The notes: a model not told the origin generated them from the letters alone. A stretch of 64,000 nt of DNA from an uncultured Chthonomonadaceae bacterium (GCA_963835065.1 CAWIEK010000037.1:187946-251945); one strand, 5' to 3'; numbered from the stretch's first letter, positions 31,436-42,258 are shown. Numbers and translations: made by a program.

Positions 31436-31668
31436 AGGTGGAGTCGGTGTCGGGTGTCGGGTGTCGGGTGTTGGGACAATGGTTATTCGTGCTGAGGTAA
31501 ACTTCTATACTTTCCCATCTCCTGAACACCCGAACACCCGAATACCCTCCCTATGCGGTAAACTGCACGGTAATGATCTGTTTTTGCCCGTAAGAAAGGC
31601 CGCTGCCGCATGAATGCAAATACGAACTAGCGATCGTTCCGTCCGTCCTCTTCGGACAGCCTGAAACC

Positions 31669-33379
31669 ATGGATGCCGTTCCCTTCGATCCTATCCAGGT
31701 GGAAGTGTGGCGGCATCTGCTGGCGGCGGTGGCCGAAGAAATGGGCGTCACGCTGGAACGCACCGCCTATTCCCCCAACATCAAGGAGCGGCTGGACCAT
31801 AGCTGCGCTCTCTTTGATGCGGATGGCCGGATTGCTGGCGCAGGCCGCGCATATCCCCGTGCATCTGGGCGCGATGCCTCTGATGATCCAATCCCTGCGT
31901 TCCCGTCTGGACTGGCAGCCCGGCAGCATGTGGCTGTGCAACGATCCCCGTTACGGCGGAACCCACCTGCCCGACATCACGCTGATTGCGCCCGTCTTTG
32001 ATAGGGAACAGGGAACAGAGAACAGGGAACAGGCAAGACAGGGAACAGGGAACAGGGAACAGGGAACAGCAGAGGAATTCCTATCAACTATCAACTATCA
32101 ACTATCAACTCCTCCTGTTCCCTGTTCCCTGTTCCCTGTTCCCTTACTGGGCTTCGTCGCCAGCCGCGCCCACCATGCCGATGTGGGTGGCTTGTCGCCC
32201 GGTTCGCTGCCGCTTTCTACCGAAGCGTTTCACGAGGGGCTGATTATTCCGCCGATTTTGCTGGTGGAAAATGGGCAGATAAAGCAGGATGTTTTGGAGT
32301 TGGTGTGCGCCAATTCGCGCACGCCACACGAGCGGCGGGGCGATTTGTCGGCGCAGATTGCGGCCAATGAAACGGGGATTCGGCGGTTTCTCGCGCTCAT
32401 GGAAGCGTATGGGCCGGAAACGTTTCAGCATCGGGTTCAGGAAAACATCGCGTATGCCGCCGCGTCCGTGCGCGCCGCCCTGCGCCGATTGCCTCCCGGC
32501 GTTTATCAGGCCGAAGATGTATTGGACGATGACGGCGCGGGGAGTGTGGATATTCCGATTCGCGTGACCATGACCGCGCATGAGGGGGGCAGCGTTTGCT
32601 TTGATTTTACGGGCAGCGCCCCGCAAGTACGAGGCTCGCTCAACGCTACGGAAGCCATTACGCGCTCGGCCTGTTATTATGTCGCTCGCTGTTTGGTGGA
32701 GGAAGAAATACCGACCAATGAAGGCTGCTTTGCGCCCGTTGACGTGATTGCGCCCCCCGGAACCATTGTCAACGCCCGTTTTCCCGCCGCCGTCGCTGCC
32801 GGAAACGTGGAAACCTCGCAGCGCATTGTGGACGCGCTGCTGCGCGCGCTTGCCAAAGCCCTTCCCGACCGCATCCCCGCCGCCAGCCAGGGCACGATGA
32901 ACAATCTGACGATTGGCGGGTGGGATGGAGCGCGGCAGCAGCCGTTCGCGTATTACGAAACTATCGGGGGTGGGGCGGGCGCGTCTCCGCTTGGCGCGGG
33001 CGCGTCGGGCCTTCATACCCACATGACCAACACCCGCAACACGCCCATCGAAGCCTTTGAAACGCACTATCCCATGCGCGTGGAAACGTATGCGCTTGCC
33101 GACAACACGGGCGGGACGGGCAAACACGCGGGCGGGAATGGCATTACGCGCCGCATCCGCCTGCTCACCGATTGCCGCGTGTCCCTGCTCACGGAGCGGC
33201 GCGTTCATTCCCCGTTCGGCGCGCAGGGCGGCAGCCCGGGCGCTGTCGGCAAAAACCGGCTGCAAAAACCGGGACAAACGGAGCAAACCCTGCCCGGCAA
33301 ATGGAGCGAAGACTGCCCCGCCGATACCCTCTTAACCCTGCAAACGCCCGGCGGCGGCGGCTGGGGAGAAGCACTCTAG
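31669..33379 (+). CDS. Hydantoinase B/5-oxoprolinase family protein (frameshift ~31830)
   Basis: RTAYSPNIKERLDHSCALFD, HIPVHLG, NDPRYGGTHLPD, RAHHADVGG, TPGGGGWG. Confidence 0.93.
32003..32144. repeat. Palindromic heptamer element inserted in frame in the hydantoinase B gene
   Basis: (agggaac)n-(ctatcaa)n-(gttccct)n with no stop in the reading frame. Confidence 0.9.
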
Positions 33380-33547
33380 TACCAGACCATCAAACTTGAA
33401 CAATCGTGATGTAGGGACGCAATTTATTTAGCGTCGGTTGCAACATATAAGTGATTATTTCCGTACTAATTTATAAATTCAACCGTAGCCTCTTCTGTTA
33501 CGTCCTTGTTTGAACATCCTTTCTGCGCCAACTTCCGTTCTGGAGGC

Positions 33548-35933
33548 ATGATGCTGACCAAACCCGCCCTGCTGTTCCTCGCGCTTTTCCTTGCTCTGGC
33601 CGGCATTTGCGCCCTGCCCACATCCGCCCGCGCCGACACGTACACTGTCACCAGCGCGGATGATAACGGCGACGATAGCAGCCCCGCGCCCGGTTCGCTG
33701 CGGGAAGCCCTGATGTTTGCGGAAGCGCATCCAGGCGCGGACACCATCGCGTTTGCTATTCCCGGTCCCGGCCTGCATACCATCCGCCTCCTCAACAGCC
33801 TGCGCACCATCGTGGAGGCTGTGACCATTGACGGCCAAACGCAGTCCGGGCAGGCCAACTCCTTTCTCATCGAATTGAACGGCGAGAACGCGGGTACGGG
33901 AGCCAATGGTTTCCAAGATACTGGGATCCAATGTCACCATACGCGGCATGGTCATCAACGGCTTCGATTACGATGGCATCGAGATTCTCGAATATGGAAA
34001 CTGCACACTGGACGGCAACATCATCGGCACGGATGCCGGCATGACCGTCGCCAAACCCAATCACGGCTACGGCATCCACATTGATGCCTCCGACAACAAT
34101 ACCATCACTTCCAACGTGATTGCGGGCAACGGCGGCAACTACCATTCCGGCGGCATACTACTGGAAGCGGGCAGCAAAAACAACCTGGTTGCAGGCAACG
34201 CAATCGGCACAAACCTGCAAATCGCCCTGCCCAACATGCGGTCGGGCATTGGGGTAGAGCAGTCCGGGCAAAACACCTTCAGAAACAACATCATTGCGGG
34301 CAACGCCGACAACGGCATCTACTTTTATGACAGGGCGGATAACAACATCGTGATTCAGAACACGATTGGAGCTGTGCCCTCAGGCGCGGCTTTGACGCCG
34401 ATGGGCAACGGCGGCGACGGCGTAAACATCGTCAGCGCGTCGAACAACCAGATCGGCGGCACGATCCAGATGGATGGACAAACCGTATCGGGCGGGAACA
34501 CCATTGTCAAGAGCGGCAGGCGCGGCGTGAGCATCATCGGCACATATGTTGGAACCGCAAAGGGCAACATCGTGTCGGACAACATCATTGGCGGCGTTTA
34601 CATTGCCCCGCCTCCCGGCAGCAATCCCTACAGCAATCTGAACAACTCGTTGGGCAATACGCTGGATGGCATTTATATGCAAGGCGACGTGAGCGGAACT
34701 ATCATCGGGCAGCATCAGTTCCGCCCGGATTTCAGCGTCGGCGGCAACACCATCAACAACAACGGCAATGACGGATTGCAGGTCGAAGGCGATAACGCGG
34801 TCATTTCCGGCAACAGCATACAGGGCAACGGAGGCCGGGGCATCGAGATTACCGGCGGCGACAGCAATATTATCAGCCATAACACCATTACCAACAATAT
34901 CAAGGGGATTACGGTTCTTGCCGGTGTAGGGCAGACGCTCACGCAAAATTTGATTTATAGCAATGCTAATTTCATCGCCATTGATCTGAACGATGATAAC
35001 GTGTCCGGCAACGATACGGGCGATGGCGACACCGGCCCCAACAACTTCCAAAACTATCCCCGCCTGACCTCCGCGCAAACCGCAAACGGCATGACGGCTA
35101 TTACGGGAACCCTGAACAGCGCGCCCAACGCGCAGTACGTGCTTGAGTTCTTTTCCGCGCCCGCTCTGAATAAGTCCGGGCACAGCGACGCCGCCACGTT
35201 CCTCGGCACAACCAACATCACGACGGACGGTAACGGCAACGCCACTTTCACGCTTGCCGTGCCGGCTGTTTCTCCCGCCTCCGCGTTCGTCAGCGCCACT
35301 GCAACCGGGCCTGACGGCAGCACGTCCGAGTTATCCGAAGCCGTTATGAACAACAGCGCGGTTTCCGTCCTGGCCGCCGTAGATGTCACAGGTCAGGTGC
35401 AGGTCAGGCTTGGAAGTTTCCATTATAACCGCGTCACGCGCCGCTACACGCAGATCGTTACCATTACCAACACAAGCGCCAGCGCCATTGACGGCCCTAT
35501 TTCGCTGCTGCTGCTGAAATTCAGCAACGCGGCTTCTGACCTGCGCAACCGTTCGGGCATGGCGTATATCACCGATCCCACCGGCTATCCCTACATCAAC
35601 TTTCCCGCCGCCAGCCTCGCGCCGGGCGCGAAAACGAGCGTGTTGCTGGATTTCTTCTACCGCCGCAATTATCCCATCACCTATACTCCCCGCATCCTGT
35701 CCGGCCCCAATGACCGCCATGCCGTCCGCATCAAGGGCGTTCGCGCCAATCCCGCGCCGACAGCGGCAACAAGAAACGTGGCCGAGACAAGAAACGTGGC
35801 CGAGACAAGAAACGTGGCGAGGGCAAACAGCGCGGTTAAAACAAGGAGCGCGGTGAAAGCAAAGGCCGTCAGCCGGTCACGCCGCGCTTTTACGCCTGCT
35901 CCGCGTAGAAAACGGGCGCGGAACACAGCATAG
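33548..35933 (+). CDS. Secreted right-handed beta-helix repeat protein (frameshift ~33915)
   Basis: SD ggagg; signal peptide ending ARA; PGSLREAL; repeated GNxIG/GIxI; DGDTGPNNFQNYP, ATATGPDGSTSELS; basic low-complexity tail with (TRNVAE) repeats. Confidence 0.85.
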
Positions 35934-35965
35934 CCGCCACAGGGGGAGGTATTTTCAAAAGGGGG

Positions 35966-35995
35966 TTGACAGCCTGCTTTCCGGTTTGGTATACT
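35966..35995 (+). promoter_or_regulatory. Sigma70 promoter of the arg operon
   Basis: TTGACA-N18-TATACT with an extended TGn. Confidence 0.8.
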
Positions 35996-36027
35996 AACTA
36001 TTATCTTTTTCAGGGAATAATGTTCTT

Positions 36028-36096
36028 ATGTCCGCAGATCACTTGACCAGTTTATGTTCGGCATCCAGCCGTCGCCGTCAGCGTACCGGTATCTAG
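36028..36096 (+). CDS. Putative Arg-rich leader peptide MSADHLTSLCSASSRRRQRTGI
   Basis: CGT CGC CGT CAG CGT at 36070-36084; AGGGA at 36012-36016; lies between the promoter and argC. Confidence 0.75.
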   Translation: MSADHLTSLCSASSRRRQRTGI

Positions 36097-36184
36097 CCCA
36101 CGCTGCGCGGCGCAAGTCGTCTGCTTCGCAATCAACAGTCGTGGGCCGACCCGAACACCGGGGGCTTGCGGCTTTTTTGTTTTT
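36096..36184 (+). terminator. Attenuator: mutually exclusive antiterminator and terminator
   Basis: The terminator stem agtcgtgggcc..cccg/cggg..ggcttgcggct (36137-36173) is followed by a T run. gcccacgctg (36096-36105) can pair with cagtcgtgggc (36136-36146). Confidence 0.72.
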
Positions 36185-36226
36185 ATCGCCACGCCGCCGG
36201 TCACACTGTACCGCGCGGCGTTTTTA

Positions 36227-36441
36227 AATTCACCACCCGCTGCGCTAGAGACACAGAGACACAGAGGGGGAACACAGAGAAACGAAAAGAAGAAAAGAAG
36301 AAGAAGAGAAAAGAAGAGAATAAACCCCTTTGCTTGCTTTGCCTCTTGGCGGTTCCGTTTCCTCTCCTTAATCTCTCCGTCTTTTCTCGCATTGGCTTTT
36401 CCTCTGTGTCTCTGTGTCTCTAGCGCAGCGGGTGGTGAATT
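36227..36441. mobile_element. MITE-like element with perfect 41-bp terminal inverted repeats
   Basis: 36227-36267 is the exact reverse complement of 36401-36441; the interior is purine/pyrimidine-skewed. Confidence 0.8.
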
Positions 36442-36459
36442 CCCGTATTGGAGCGTATT

Positions 36460-37515
36460 ATGTTAGAGGTAGCGGTGGTTGGGGCGTCGGGATATGGGGG
36501 AGGGGAGTTGCTGCGCCTGCTGGCGGGGCATCCTGATGCGCGGGTGACGCAGGCGATCTCGGAAACGTATGCGGGCAAGGCTCTGTCCGCCGCCTTTCCC
36601 GGCCTGACCGGAACCCGCGCATCGGAACTGCGCTTTGAAAGTTATGGCGACGGCAGCAGCGTGGCGCAATGCGACGTAGTGTTTCTGGCGCAGGAAAACA
36701 CCAAAGCCATGCAGACCGCGCCGCATTTAATCGAAGCCGGGTGCAAAATCGTGGATTTGTCCGCCGATTTTCGGTTCCGCGATGTAGATACGTATGCGCA
36801 ATGGTACGGTATGGCTCACGCCTGCCCACGCTTGAATCAGGAAGCCGTATACGGACTGCCGGAACTCAACAAAACAGCCATTCGCCAAGCCCGCATCGTG
36901 GGCAATCCGGGCTGCCATGCCACCGCAGGCATACTCGCCCTCGCGCCGCTGGTACAAAACGGCTTAATTGCGCCGGACAGCATCATCATTGATTCCAAAA
37001 CCGGCGTATCGGGCGCGGGGCGGGCCAAGTTCAGCCTTGATTACCATTTTCCCGAAATTAACGAAAGCGTGAGCGCGTACAAGACCGCCGGTACGCACCG
37101 CCACACGCCGGAAATCGAAATGTCGCTGCAAGCGCTTACCCAACCACAAGCGCCACTCGCGGTTACGTTCACGCCGCATCTTATTCCCATCACGCGGGGC
37201 ATTCTGGCAACGTGCTACGCAACGCTGAAGCAAGCGGCAACCGTACAGGAACTAAACACGCTTTACGCGCAGTTTTACGCTGACGCGCCCTTTGTCGCCG
37301 TCGTGGAAGACCATCTTCCGGCCACCAAGCACACCGTTGGCACGAACTATTGCCATCTCGCCGTAAGCGTAGACCCGCGCAACAACCGCGTCACCGTAAT
37401 CTCCTGTCTCGACAACCTGATTAAAGGCGCGGCAGGACAGGCCATTCAGAACATGAATTTGATGTGTGGCTTACAAGAACATGCGGGCATTAACGCAGGA
37501 GGTATCTGGCCGTGA
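36460..37515 (+). CDS. argC: N-acetyl-gamma-glutamyl-phosphate reductase
   Basis: GASGYGG, DLSADFR, VYGLPE, NPGC, GVSGAG, DNLIKGAAGQA; ATG at 36460 after ggag. Confidence 0.97.
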   Translation: MLEVAVVGASGYGGGELLRLLAGHPDARVTQAISETYAGKALSAAFPGLTGTRASELRFESYGDGSSVAQCDVVFLAQENTKAMQTAPHLIEAGCKIVDLSADFRFRDVDTYAQWYGMAHACPRLNQEAVYGLPELNKTAIRQARIVGNPGCHATAGILALAPLVQNGLIAPDSIIIDSKTGVSGAGRAKFSLDYHFPEINESVSAYKTAGTHRHTPEIEMSLQALTQPQAPLAVTFTPHLIPITRGILATCYATLKQAATVQELNTLYAQFYADAPFVAVVEDHLPATKHTVGTNYCHLAVSVDPRNNRVTVISCLDNLIKGAAGQAIQNMNLMCGLQEHAGINAGGIWP

Positions 37516-38282
37516 GTATCGTCACAAGCGATAAAAAATCAACCGTAGGGGCGCAATTTATTGCGCCCGACTCGCGCTCTGCGCCCTCTGCCGCGCTTGC
37601 GCCCGATTCGCGCCCCGCGTCTGCCACACCCCTTACCTCTTATGTGTCCGACGCACATTCCGCAATCGAAACTCTAATGCCGAGAAGCGGTAATCGCCCT
37701 GCCTTCATTCGCGCCTATCAGGTGACGGACTACCCACAGGTGTTGGCGTTATGGCAGGAAGCAAATCTGCGGCCTTTTCTGGAGCAGGAACTCGAACGGT
37801 TGCTCGGTTCGGGCGGCGGCGCGTTGGTGGCGGTTGTGCCGCAAGCGAATGAGGGCGGCAAGGCCGGTCTGAACGGAACAGAAGCAGCGGTGACAGCGGG
37901 GCATGAAGCGCCTCTTACCGATACGGTTGTCGGCATTGTCCTGTGGTCGCATAACGGCAGCGTGGGTATTTTGTGGCGGCTGGCGGTTGCGGAACAGCAG
38001 CGCGGGCGCGGTATTGCGACGAAACTGCTGGATCGGGCGGAGCAGGACATTCGCGCGGCGGGCTTCAGTGGCGTGACCCTGTTGACCCGCGTGACAAACA
38101 CCGTCGCCAAAAGCATGTATGCCAGACGCGGCTACAAATGGAACGACCATCTGGAATTTTGGGGCAAGAAACTGCCTGATCTAATGGAAACACTTGATTT
38201 AATAGAAACGCCGGAGCGGATGGAAACGAACGCTCTGCCAACGGACATGCCTGCAACTTGTGAGGAGCAAACATCGTGCTGA
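37512..38282 (+). CDS. GNAT family N-acetyltransferase
   Basis: LAVAEQQRGRGIATKLL, N..AKSMYARRGY. Confidence 0.88.
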   Translation: MSIVTSDKKSTVGAQFIAPDSRSAPSAALAPDSRPASATPLTSYVSDAHSAIETLMPRSGNRPAFIRAYQVTDYPQVLALWQEANLRPFLEQELERLLGSGGGALVAVVPQANEGGKAGLNGTEAAVTAGHEAPLTDTVVGIVLWSHNGSVGILWRLAVAEQQRGRGIATKLLDRAEQDIRAAGFSGVTLLTRVTNTVAKSMYARRGYKWNDHLEFWGKKLPDLMETLDLIETPERMETNALPTDMPATCEEQTSC

Positions 38283-39496
38283 CGCAGTGGAAGGACGTGG
38301 AAGCGGGCGTTACGTACCCGGAAGGCTTTGTCGCCGCCGGGGTGCGCTGCGGCCTCAAGACACAGGGCGCGGACTTGGCCTTGCTTGTCAGCGACAGCGC
38401 GGCTGCCGTCGCAGGCGTGTTCACCACCAATCGCGTACAGGCCGCCTGCGTCCAGTATTCTCGGCGCGTGGCGCGGAACGGCACGGCGCGGGCGGTGCTT
38501 ATCAACGCGGGCAACGCCAACGCCTGCAACGGCGAGCAGGGCGACCACGACAACCGCACAATGGCCGAATGGGTGTCCAGGCATTTGAACATTCCTCCCG
38601 ACTCGGTTCTCACGGCGTCTACGGGAATCATCGGACACCTGATGCCGATGGAAAAATTACAGGCGGGGATTGCGGATGCGGTTGCTAATCTGGACCGGGA
38701 CGAAACAACCGATGAAACCGTTGCCCGCGCCATTATGACAACCGACACGGTTCCCAAGTTTCGCGCCTGCGATGTGGACAGTGACCAGTGGGTCGCGCCC
38801 ATTCGGTTTGGCGGGATGTGCAAGGGCGCGGGCATGATCGCGCCCAATATGGCAACCATGCTCGCCTTCGTCACCACCGATGCCCGCCTGCCCGCCCCGC
38901 TTTTACAGGAAGCCCTGAAACGCGCCATTGCCGCGTCCTTCAACAGCGTCACGATTGACGGCGATACCAGTACCAATGATATGTGCCTGCTGCTGGCGTC
39001 CGGCATGGGCGAGGGCGTGATTTCCGTGCCCGGACCGGCCTTTGAAGATTTTGTCGAAGCCTTAACGCGGCTTTGCATCGAACTCGCCAAAGCCATTGCC
39101 CGCGACGGCGAGGGCGCAACCAAATTGGCCGAAATCATCGTGCGCGGCGCGTTGACCGAAACGGGAGCGCATACCATTGCCAAAACCATTGCCGAGTCGC
39201 CGCTCGTCAAAACCGCCCTCTTCGGCAACGATCCCAATTGGGGCCGCCTGCTGATGGCGGCGGGACGCGCGGGCGTTCCCTTCGACCAAAACAAAATTGA
39301 CGTGTCCATCGGCCCGCATCTCGTGTGTTCGCAGGGCGGCAGCGTAGACTTTGACCGGGATGCCGCCCACGATTATTTGACCGGCAAGGATGTGCAGATC
39401 ATCCTTGACTTGAATCAGGGTGACGAACTCGCCACCGTCTGGACTTGCGATTACAGTTACGATTACATCAAGATCAATGCCGAGTATCATACATAA
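38276..39496 (+). CDS. argJ: Glutamate N-acetyltransferase (ornithine acetyltransferase)
   Basis: NAGNANAC, STGIIG, AIMTTDT, KGAGMIAPNMATML, DGDTSTND, DGEGATK. Confidence 0.98.
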   Translation: MLTQWKDVEAGVTYPEGFVAAGVRCGLKTQGADLALLVSDSAAAVAGVFTTNRVQAACVQYSRRVARNGTARAVLINAGNANACNGEQGDHDNRTMAEWVSRHLNIPPDSVLTASTGIIGHLMPMEKLQAGIADAVANLDRDETTDETVARAIMTTDTVPKFRACDVDSDQWVAPIRFGGMCKGAGMIAPNMATMLAFVTTDARLPAPLLQEALKRAIAASFNSVTIDGDTSTNDMCLLLASGMGEGVISVPGPAFEDFVEALTRLCIELAKAIARDGEGATKLAEIIVRGALTETGAHTIAKTIAESPLVKTALFGNDPNWGRLLMAAGRAGVPFDQNKIDVSIGPHLVCSQGGSVDFDRDAAHDYLTGKDVQIILDLNQGDELATVWTCDYSYDYIKINAEYHT

Positions 39497-39530
39497 GCAG
39501 GGATAAGGGGTAAGTGGTAAGGGATAAGTC

Positions 39531-40364
39531 ATGTTAAGGATGCAGGATGAAGGTATGAAGTTACGCTCGTTGGGCTATCGTACCGACTTGATCTTTGCGC
39601 GTTTCGCGGGCAGCATCACGGACAGGGGCGAGTATCTGGTAATCCGCACCCCTTCTAATCCGACCTTTTTCTGGGGCAACTTCCTGCTGTTCGCCAACCC
39701 ACCGCAGACCGGCGATTTTGACCGATGGAAAGCCTTGTTCGCGCGGGAGATCGGAACGCCTGATCAGGTGAGGCATCTCGCATTTGGATGGGACACTGTT
39801 GAAGGCGAAACGGGTGAAGTCGCGCCTTTTCTGGCAGCCGGCTTTGATTTGGATACAAGCATCGTGCTGACCGCCCGGCAGGTACATATTCCGCCGAAAT
39901 TCAATCCCGGTGTTGAAATACGCGCCTTTGAATCGGATGAAGATTGGGAGCAGGCGACGCAAAATCAGATTGCGCACCGTGAGCCGCAATTCAGCCTTGA
40001 AGGGTATACGAAGTTTCGGCGCGCGAAAATGGCCTCTTATCGCGCAATGGCGGCGCAAGGATTAGGGCATTGGTTCGGAGCGTATGTAGAGGGGCAACTT
40101 GCGGGCGATTTGGGGCTTTTCGTGGATCAAACTGAGGACAAGGTAGGCCGTTTTCAATTTGTCACGACTTACGAAACTTTTCGACGGCAGGGTGTCTGCT
40201 CCACCCTCGTTTACAAAGTCGCTCAATTCGGGTTTACAAACATGGGCGTGGAAACGCTGGTCATGGTAGCGGACGAAGACTATTTTGCAGCCCGCATTTA
40301 CGAATCCGTCGGATTTCAGCCAACCGAGCGGCAAGCAAGCCTGCAATGGTTTGAGAAGGCATAA
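39531..40364 (+). CDS. GNAT family N-acetyltransferase
   Basis: RTPSNPTFFWGNFL, FRRQGVCSTL, AARIYESVGF. Confidence 0.9.
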   Translation: MLRMQDEGMKLRSLGYRTDLIFARFAGSITDRGEYLVIRTPSNPTFFWGNFLLFANPPQTGDFDRWKALFAREIGTPDQVRHLAFGWDTVEGETGEVAPFLAAGFDLDTSIVLTARQVHIPPKFNPGVEIRAFESDEDWEQATQNQIAHREPQFSLEGYTKFRRAKMASYRAMAAQGLGHWFGAYVEGQLAGDLGLFVDQTEDKVGRFQFVTTYETFRRQGVCSTLVYKVAQFGFTNMGVETLVMVADEDYFAARIYESVGFQPTERQASLQWFEKA

Positions 40365-40485
40365 TGAACCCGAAACAACCGGTCATTAAACTGCGCGTAA
40401 TGAGCCGTCTGAGCAATCACCGCCGCTGGCAGCCGCGCAAGAATTCTGAACTTGTTGTAAAATAATGATATAGGCGCTCACATCT

Positions 40486-41352
40486 ATGCTGAAAATTGAC
40501 CAGAATACCCATGCGTCCGTGCTGATTGAAGCCCTGCCTTACCTGCGGGAATTCTACGGCAAAACCATTGTCGTCAAGTACGGCGGCAACGCCATGATTG
40601 ACGAAACGCTGAAAGCGCAGGTGATGCAGGATATTGCGCTCCTGCATTACGTCGGGGTGCGCCCGGTATTGGTTCACGGCGGCGGGCCGGAAATCAGCGC
40701 CATGATGAAGCAGATGGGACACGAGCCGGCCTTTATCGGCGGCCTGCGCGTCACGGACGCCGAAACAATGGATATTGTTGAAATGGTGCTGGCGGGCAAG
40801 ACTAATAAAGGCATTGTGTCCCTGCTCAACACGCAGGGCGCGAAAGCCGTCGGCTTGAGCGGCAAGGACGCCAACTTGATTCAGGCGTATAAAATGGAGT
40901 CGCCCCAAGGGGATTTGGGCTACGTGGGCGAAGTGGCGAAAGTGAACGCCGAACTGCTCATTCTATTGAGCGAACAGGGCTACATTCCTGTGATCTCTTC
41001 CGTCGCCATTGGCCCGGATGGAGAAAGTTACAACGTCAACGCCGACCATGTGGCCGGGCATATTGCGGCAGCCCTGCGCGCGGCCAAACTGGTTATTCTG
41101 ACCGATGTGGAAGGCTTGTACGCCAATTACAGCGACAAGACATCGCTGATTTCGGAAATGGACGCGACGGACGCCGAAGAGATGATCGCGTCCGGCGCGG
41201 CGGAGCGGGGCATGATTCCCAAATTGGAAGCCTGCATTGTCGCTGTAGAAGGCGGCGTGCCCCGCGCTCATCTCATAGACGGACGCATCCCCCATGCCCT
41301 GCTCATCGAAATTTTCACGGATGCGGGTATCGGCACGATGGTTCACGAATAA
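40486..41352 (+). CDS. argB: Acetylglutamate kinase
   Basis: VVKYGGNAM, VHGGGP, GLRVTD, NVNAD, GMIPK. Confidence 0.98.
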   Translation: MLKIDQNTHASVLIEALPYLREFYGKTIVVKYGGNAMIDETLKAQVMQDIALLHYVGVRPVLVHGGGPEISAMMKQMGHEPAFIGGLRVTDAETMDIVEMVLAGKTNKGIVSLLNTQGAKAVGLSGKDANLIQAYKMESPQGDLGYVGEVAKVNAELLILLSEQGYIPVISSVAIGPDGESYNVNADHVAGHIAAALRAAKLVILTDVEGLYANYSDKTSLISEMDATDAEEMIASGAAERGMIPKLEACIVAVEGGVPRAHLIDGRIPHALLIEIFTDAGIGTMVHE

Positions 41353-41373
41353 AATGGAGAACTTGACGAACTG

Positions 41374-42114
41374 ATGTTACAGAGAAATACTTTCCGGGGT
41401 TCCTTGACGAACACCGTTATACGCCCTTTTGTTGCGGCCTGTGCTGTGTTGGCGTTGCTTGTGTCCGGCGTTTCCAGCCTGAGTCGCGCCGACTCGCGGC
41501 ATGATGTGGACGAGTACAGCGTGTCGTTTGTGGACTCGCCAACACGCGACAAACATGATAACGATTACACGAACGCGCTTGTCAACACCCTGCATTGGGG
41601 GCATTTTCCGATTCGCATTGGATTTACCAACGCTATAAGCAGCGACCGGCAGAAATTGGACGAAATCGTCGAACGGGGTTTCGATCAATGGGTACGCGCC
41701 ACACAGGGCGAAGTGAAGTACGAAGTGGTTTCCAACCCGTCCCGCGCCGACCTGACGATCACGTATGAGGTTGTGTCTTCGCGTCCGCTTACGGGCGGCA
41801 AATTGGGCACGACCGGCTTCAATTACGACCCGACCAAACGGCAGTTGCGCCATGCCGACATGCACCTCAGCGTGTGGGAAGGCATGACCCGCCGCGACCT
41901 GACGCGGTTTGAAAACACCGCTGCGCATGAATTCGGCCACGCGCTGGGCATCAACGGCCACAGCCCCGATCCCGACGACCTGATGTACTATACGTCGTCG
42001 CACTCGGATGGCGTAACTGCCCGCGACCTGAATACCCTGCGGCAGGCATACGGCGGTTTCGCGCACAAAGCAACGGCGGAAACCAACAAGAAAAACGCCA
42101 AAACGCGCTCGTAA
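41374..42114 (+). CDS. Secreted matrixin-like zinc metalloprotease
   Basis: Signal peptide; HEFGHALGINGHS followed by Met-turn LMY. Confidence 0.9.
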   Translation: MLQRNTFRGSLTNTVIRPFVAACAVLALLVSGVSSLSRADSRHDVDEYSVSFVDSPTRDKHDNDYTNALVNTLHWGHFPIRIGFTNAISSDRQKLDEIVERGFDQWVRATQGEVKYEVVSNPSRADLTITYEVVSSRPLTGGKLGTTGFNYDPTKRQLRHADMHLSVWEGMTRRDLTRFENTAAHEFGHALGINGHSPDPDDLMYYTSSHSDGVTARDLNTLRQAYGGFAHKATAETNKKNAKTRS

Positions 42115-42115
42115 C

Positions 42116-42245
42116 TGTCTGAACCATGATTTTCAGGATTAACGGATTAACCGGATGTACTGCGCACTCATTATTGATTGAGCCTGCAATCTCACGCTCT
42201 GAAATCCTGTTAATCTATTAATTCTGAAAATCATGGTTCCAGACA
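42116..42245. repeat. Inverted-repeat element with nonamer (ggattaac) units
   Basis: tgtctgaaccatgattttcaggattaa ... ttaattctgaaaatcatggttccagaca. Confidence 0.8.
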
Positions 42246-42258
42246 ATCGGAGAACCCC

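Noticed and set aside
35770..35825. 18-nt tandem repeat acaagaaacgtggccgag as a regulatory array
   Set aside because: It lies in frame in the low-complexity tail of the beta-helix gene (TRNVAE units).
36100..36441. T-box riboswitch upstream of argC
   Set aside because: No GGTGGNACCGCG antiterminator bulge (only ctgtaccgcg) and no Stem I features; the leader-peptide model fits better.
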